This document shows, in pieces, positions 49,801 through 52,659 of a stretch of 52,659 nucleotides of DNA. The notes below the pieces were generated by a model. It was not told the origin of the DNA and ran no database searches. It was given only the letters and a program-made list of their open reading frames with translations. Source of the stretch: an uncultured Candidatus Peribacteria bacterium (GTDB lineage Bacteria > Patescibacteriota > Gracilibacteria > Peribacterales > Peribacteraceae); NCBI GenBank assembly GCA_964645935.1, contig CAZYAK010000004.1, positions 1-52,659 on the forward strand. The letters run 5' to 3'. Position 1 is the stretch's first letter. Each line of letters opens with the position of its first letter. Made by a program: the position numbers and the translations under genes.

Positions 49801-50670
49801 GCTGTCGATGTACCGCTGCATCAGGCGCGCGTCGCCGTCCTTGGCGTAGTCGGCATCCTCGGTGAGGGTGTCCAGGTGGTCCAGGAGGTCTGCATCACCC
49901 TCCTTGCCGTCCAGGATGTCACGGTAGAGTGTAGGGCTCAAGTAGCGCTCCACAGCGTGGAGGATGGCATGGCCGCGTTCGTGGTCGAGCACGTCCTGGC
50001 GCGCCTGGCCCTGGAGTTGGGGAGACAGGAAGATCTCGTTGTGGGCGCGCTCGTAGTACCCGGCCACCTCGGGGACCTTGGGGTCCTTGGGGAAGCGGCC
50101 GGCCATGAGGCGTTCTTTGATACCGAACAGGTGGTTTTTAAACTCCGCGAGCGTGCGCAGGTCCGGTTCGATGACGCGCTCGATGGTCTGAAGCTCGGCC
50201 TCGGTGGTGTCCTGGTCCACGGCGCTGAGCTGGTACTCCGCCTTGGCGATGATGCGGGCGCGGTGCTCCTCCAGGAGCCCCCGCACCGAGAGCGTGGCGC
50301 TCTCGGCCGCGGTGTGCTCCTTGAGCATCGGGATCTCCACGATCTCGCCGATGGCGTCGTTCACCAGGCCGCGGACGTTGCCGCGCGTGCGCTCCACCGC
50401 CACGCGCACGTGGGGCGGCAGGATGTCGGCCGGGGCGTCAACGTCGCGCAGCAGGCGGCCCACGCGCGTGGCCGTGGCCGCCGCGCCCTGGTCGATCGTG
50501 TCGCGCACGGAACTAGCCTCCTCGTGGCCCTCGACGCGCTCCGCGTCACCGTCGTGTTCGGGGTGGCCGCCGGTCCCGCGTGGGGGTTTGGTGGCGAAAA
50601 AGAGCTCCCGCCGCTCCCGGATGGGAGAGTGGTGGGAGGCGTCGCGGGCAGTGGTGAACTGCTCCAGCAT
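46837..50670 (-). CDS. giant hypothetical protein (1277 aa) with one HExxH zinc-metallopeptidase-like motif
   Basis: A single uninterrupted ORF 46837..50670(-) starting MLEQFTTARD…. Motif context …AHNEIFLSPQLQGQARQDVLDHERGHAILHAVERY at about residue 240. No signal peptide or TM helix. No other family recognised. The start lies 1 nt after the stop of the upstream PH-domain membrane protein. Confidence 0.75.
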   Translation of the reverse strand: MLEQFTTARDASHHSPIRERRELFFATKPPRGTGGHPEHDGDAERVEGHEEASSVRDTIDQGAAATATRVGRLLRDVDAPADILPPHVRVAVERTRGNVRGLVNDAIGEIVEIPMLKEHTAAESATLSVRGLLEEHRARIIAKAEYQLSAVDQDTTEAELQTIERVIEPDLRTLAEFKNHLFGIKERLMAGRFPKDPKVPEVAGYYERAHNEIFLSPQLQGQARQDVLDHERGHAILHAVERYLSPTLYRDILDGKEGDADLLDHLDTLTEDADYAKDGDARLMQRYIDSRFETAAASIDASTPKTDKRERAAFALLDKRPALQEGPLLASFERAMLEELKLPGNGELITQMAEFAYFLEDLRRDETMDEEYDGCKENEQKLLVRLIARFGRWRLHADPNAFTSKAELKLLSHLERAYLLHFQASVAKELRSAREMHQNRERFNAMLDGLALTPKNAPPGHQVHEWYRLYGADRPALLEELINRHADYRARPVREGKTYTHLDEVCLFVLLDPKTEILPPFTRAQVDAHLSGADAPLDTPQEQDDEGVDGGIRASHGGGDHGGEEGETVTLGSNINGHQLQHTVGEQAVQMKTISNRLANAPAIINDIAPPAVARGLISELTMHSADLSHALSMNADWQRCAQVTEDWARGKVSEGEFLSVMRRFAGPESFEALATVASLPVSERRKHANDALKDIKQQVTQWDEQLQKMGDYLDELDKKKDAKDKQGSLSEPFLEVYSINQWIGAIGNVYDSYKKAWAQWYQLKESKLSKHLGDLVDGLPMSDRAKITLEMELDHKNDETKDNFKKHLEHDLADFDHVVGGHGHHSLLDQHKEDPNHFRGTLEYMASKAWLYDFDIKNRVVFGIPLKVGVNLPANWTDKRVQEYLRDLEQKQSSGEKSEAERGKSRVNNYSDIPPMIDVMQDELERNNYWATYGILERIAEKGKYPNSPIWASVTILNHIRDNPNAKKFFPKKLTDKLGTSGLEYGMIHKFFKLDRHPIARFQNGGVPFERAGNFASIVSAVERRLIALSGLPSRDKLEPWQKNLLHKQVSEVLASQTVKVMSHGHEVSVNIFDDNPPEFREYREFLENFDNTFKAKDLDDDYVNPSQPEAELSLGSSNYFFALLETASEGAFKTGQKGKMFMEKLVVQDKRIEDEVMAGRLNVSVLRNFRKATRAKMDNVAYSSWVQGNPQVTKYKCTVYKDPETGESPIILSAMLKRGLISVPVKTATMETMPLVLKELILINNQLPPGAAEAGQNPTGPARNGHGRAPAGAHH

Positions 50671-50671
50671 G

Positions 50672-51214
50672 TTAGAGTTTAAAGAGGCGGATACAGATGT
50701 CCACTAGGCGTTCCCGCTGATCCGGGCGGATCGGCAGGAAATGGCTCAGGGTGGAGCGGATCACGGTCTGGTCGATGTTGGCCGTCTGGATGACGAGCTC
50801 ACGGTCGATCCCGCGCTTGCGCAGGATGTGCAGCTCCGTGTAGTTCGGTGTCCGGACGATCCAGAACTCCTTGCACTCCTCCCAGTGGATCTTGAGGTCG
50901 TCGTACTCGAAGCCGTGGTCGTGCACCACAATGCGGCGGATGACAGGCGGCTCCCGGCGCACCAGGAAGTACCCGCCGCCGATGAGCACGGTGAGGAGCG
51001 ACAACGTCCAGTTGCCGCTGATAATGCCGTACGCGGCCATTCCCAGCACGGCGATGGACCCGAGCAGGTACCACCGCGCGCTGCGTTCATGCACGGGGTG
51101 CGTGGGCGCGGACCAGTCGAGGAGGGGGATCTTGGGCCCCAAATCCTCCTGCTGGAGCAGGGTGATCGGCGGGGCGACGACGGCGGGCGTGGCGGTGACG
51201 GAAGTAGTGTCCAT
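50672..51214 (-). CDS. two-TM membrane protein with a C-terminal PH-like domain
   Basis: ORF 50672..51292(-) trimmed to the ATG at 51214 (MDTTSVTATP…). TM hairpin WYLLGSIAVLGMAAYGIISG / WTLSLLTVLIGGGYFLV, followed by …IVVHDHGFEYDDLKIHWEECKEFWIV…LHILRKRG…. Confidence 0.6.
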   Translation of the reverse strand: MDTTSVTATPAVVAPPITLLQQEDLGPKIPLLDWSAPTHPVHERSARWYLLGSIAVLGMAAYGIISGNWTLSLLTVLIGGGYFLVRREPPVIRRIVVHDHGFEYDDLKIHWEECKEFWIVRTPNYTELHILRKRGIDRELVIQTANIDQTVIRSTLSHFLPIRPDQRERLVDICIRLFKL

Positions 51215-51345
51215 GTGGGTGTTTGAAGGAATCCGTATATTGTAGCCCAAAAGTCGACTTTCGGACAGGGCGCGACACTTGCGAAATCCCAAGGATTATG
51301 ACAAAGATATATGTATAGTTTTTCGCTTTCCGAAGAGGAAAATCC

Positions 51346-51762
51346 TTACCGCGTGACGTGGATCTTCTTGGCGCCCTTTCCGGCCTTGGTGGCTACGGTC
51401 ACCCGGCCCCCTTCGTCCTGGGAGATATAGTAGCCGGTGTGTCCCGCTTTGGCGTCCGGATCGGTCGGGATCCCTACGAGATAGATGTCTAGGAGGGGAC
51501 TGAGATCCACGCAGCTCTTGGTCACCTCACGGTTGATGCAAATCTCCTTGGTAGAGTGGAGCGGGATGCCCGCAGGGAGGGCACCGTTGTGATCGATGGC
51601 GTACTGGTACGTGGCGTTGAGGATGGTGTTCACGTCACTGCGGCGCTGCGCGTCCTTGGCGTCCGAGAGCTGGCGCGTTGGGTTCACGGAGAACAGGACT
51701 ACCGCGCCGAGCGTGAGCACCGTGAATACGGGATCGATGAGAAAAAATCCGCGACGGTGCAT
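51346..51762 (-). CDS. type IV pilin / pseudopilin-like protein (degenerate prepilin leader)
   Basis: ORF 51346..51762(-). MHRRG|FFLIDPVFTVLTLGAVVLFSV has a short basic leader, Gly-Phe, Asp at +5 and a hydrophobic helix. The following …AKDAQRRSDVNTILNATYQYAIDHNGALP is typical of the post-helix region in pilins. Confidence 0.6.
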   Translation of the reverse strand: MHRRGFFLIDPVFTVLTLGAVVLFSVNPTRQLSDAKDAQRRSDVNTILNATYQYAIDHNGALPAGIPLHSTKEICINREVTKSCVDLSPLLDIYLVGIPTDPDAKAGHTGYYISQDEGGRVTVATKAGKGAKKIHVTR

Positions 51763-51847
51763 GAGAGGGGAGGAAACAGGGGAAGCCTAGGGAAGAACGG
51801 ACAGATCGGCAATTGCGTGTACGACCGGCGGGAGTATCGTCCCGTGT

Positions 51848-52069
51848 ATGCGCATCTTCAACATCACCATTGGCGTGTCGCTCCTCCTAGCCAGTCCGCT
51901 CGTCGCCCTCGCGGAGCATCCCGCCCTCCCTGCAATCGACGCAGGCTTCGCCGCCGCGCAGGATGCCGTACAACACTCGGGCCTGGACCGCGAAACGAAG
52001 TCGTCCATCAGCAACGTGCTGAAGACCCGCCACGACACGGTCAAGAACAGCATCCGGAATATTCGCTGA
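51848..52069 (+). CDS. possible small secreted protein
   Basis: 73-aa ORF with a plausible signal peptide, MRIFNITIGVSLLLASPLVALA|EH. No homology recognised. Confidence 0.35.
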   Translation: MRIFNITIGVSLLLASPLVALAEHPALPAIDAGFAAAQDAVQHSGLDRETKSSISNVLKTRHDTVKNSIRNIR

Positions 52070-52137
52070 GCGCGAGCCGTGTTGTCGCGGTTGGCACCGT
52101 TCAACACGCTCCGAAAAAGCCGAGGTATCTGAGGCGA

Positions 52138-52428
52138 TCATGCAGCGCCCTTCTTCTCTCCCAGCGCCTCTCTGATGAACTGCATGACGGCAGGCGTGAA
52201 ACCAAATTTGCTCTGTACGGCATCTGGGATCAGACCATCAATCATCTTGATGAGATCCACGGCTCCCGTGCTGTTGGGGACCATGTTCTTGATCTTTTCG
52301 GCAACTTCGCGACCCAGCGGACTATCGGGCTTTGCGCCCTCGGCAATGGCCTTCTGTACGAGAGAAACAAGGGCAGAGACGTTGCCCATATTGCCTGCGG
52401 TTGACGTAAGGTTTGCCAGAAGAGACAT
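52138..52428 (-). CDS. hypothetical small protein (96 aa)
   Basis: ORF 52138..52485(-) trimmed to the ATG at 52428 (MSLLANLTSTAGNMGNVSALVSLVQKAIAEG…). Helical, protein-like composition. Confidence 0.45.
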   Translation of the reverse strand: MSLLANLTSTAGNMGNVSALVSLVQKAIAEGAKPDSPLGREVAEKIKNMVPNSTGAVDLIKMIDGLIPDAVQSKFGFTPAVMQFIREALGEKKGAA

Positions 52429-52540
52429 GGGTTGAGGGAGGACAACAGGTGACCGGAGTCTACCCTGCGCTGAGAGACAAATCATCTCTGCAAATTTTCA
52501 AATCATCACCTCCCCGACGCGTCTTCTGCTGCTCCCACGG

Positions 52541-52566
52541 GAGGGGTTGGGAGGTCCGCCTCCCAA
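52541..52566. repeat. 26-nt hairpin element H, copy 2 (inverted relative to copy 1)
   Basis: gaggggttgggaggtccgcctcccaa is the exact reverse complement of 38697-38722. Similarity extends to about 35 nt (…cYcgtggRag). Confidence 0.65.
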
Positions 52567-52649
52567 GCAAGCAATGGGCACCACCAGGCCATCCGCGTTC
52601 CACGGAAAACGCCGCTCGGGGCGGCGCAGGAACAACGGACGAGATGGAC

Positions 52650-52659
52650 TGGTGGGCAA
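52650..52659 (-). tRNA. possible 3' end of a minus-strand tRNA truncated by the window edge
   Basis: The window ends in tggtgggcaa, whose reverse complement TTGCCCACCA resembles an acceptor 3' strand plus CCA (compare tggtgggcga at the tRNA-Ile 3' end). Only 10 nt are visible. Confidence 0.3.

Noticed and set aside
1-52659. CRISPR arrays, diversity-generating retroelements (template/variable repeat pairs plus a reverse transcriptase), transposases, prophage blocks, and an alternative genetic code (UGA=Gly, as in some CPR lineages).
   Set aside because: No regularly spaced direct repeats, RT-like ORF, long A-variable repeat pairs, transposase or phage structural genes were seen. TGA clearly terminates conserved genes (gdhA, the kinase, the bPH gene, ruvC) and takes part in ATGA/TGATG overlaps, so the standard bacterial code applies.

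Overview
GC-rich (~63-67% in sampled lines) bacterial chromosomal window. It uses the standard code: TGA acts as a stop inside ATGA/TGATG gene overlaps. Gene content resembles a small-genome Patescibacteria/CPR-like organism (inference). It includes peptidoglycan genes (murF, murD, FemAB-like, DegT-like), ftsA-ftsZ, recF, ruvC, truB, prs, dut, grpE, trxB, gdhA and a stand-alone 5'-3' exonuclease. It also has a TrbC/VirB2-like pilin, a type IV pilin-like protein, bacterial-PH membrane proteins and many hypothetical proteins. Four complete tRNAs are present (Met-CAT, Leu-CAA, Ile-GAT, Lys-CTT), plus a possible tRNA 3' end cut by the right edge. I saw no rRNA, CRISPR array, transposase, integrase or reverse transcriptase. 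Points worth a second look: (1) a 1277-aa HExxH giant protein that follows a PH-domain membrane protein after a 1-nt gap, near a pilin-like gene; (2) an operon of three unrecognisable proteins plus a pentapeptide-repeat protein; (3) a PP-loop protein 1 nt upstream of murD, a candidate MurL-type epimerase; (4) a ~3.5 kb low-GC island abutting the 3' end of tRNA-Met, carrying a frameshifted methyltransferase; (5) a family of palindromic intergenic repeats at four or more loci; (6) a 26-nt perfect-hairpin element at the same spacing downstream of two tRNA genes; (7) a MurF whose N-terminal domain is replaced by transmembrane helices. Many long track ORFs are antisense or N-extension artefacts of the GC-rich DNA, so starts were trimmed accordingly. 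Bases 1-145 at the left edge are unassigned.
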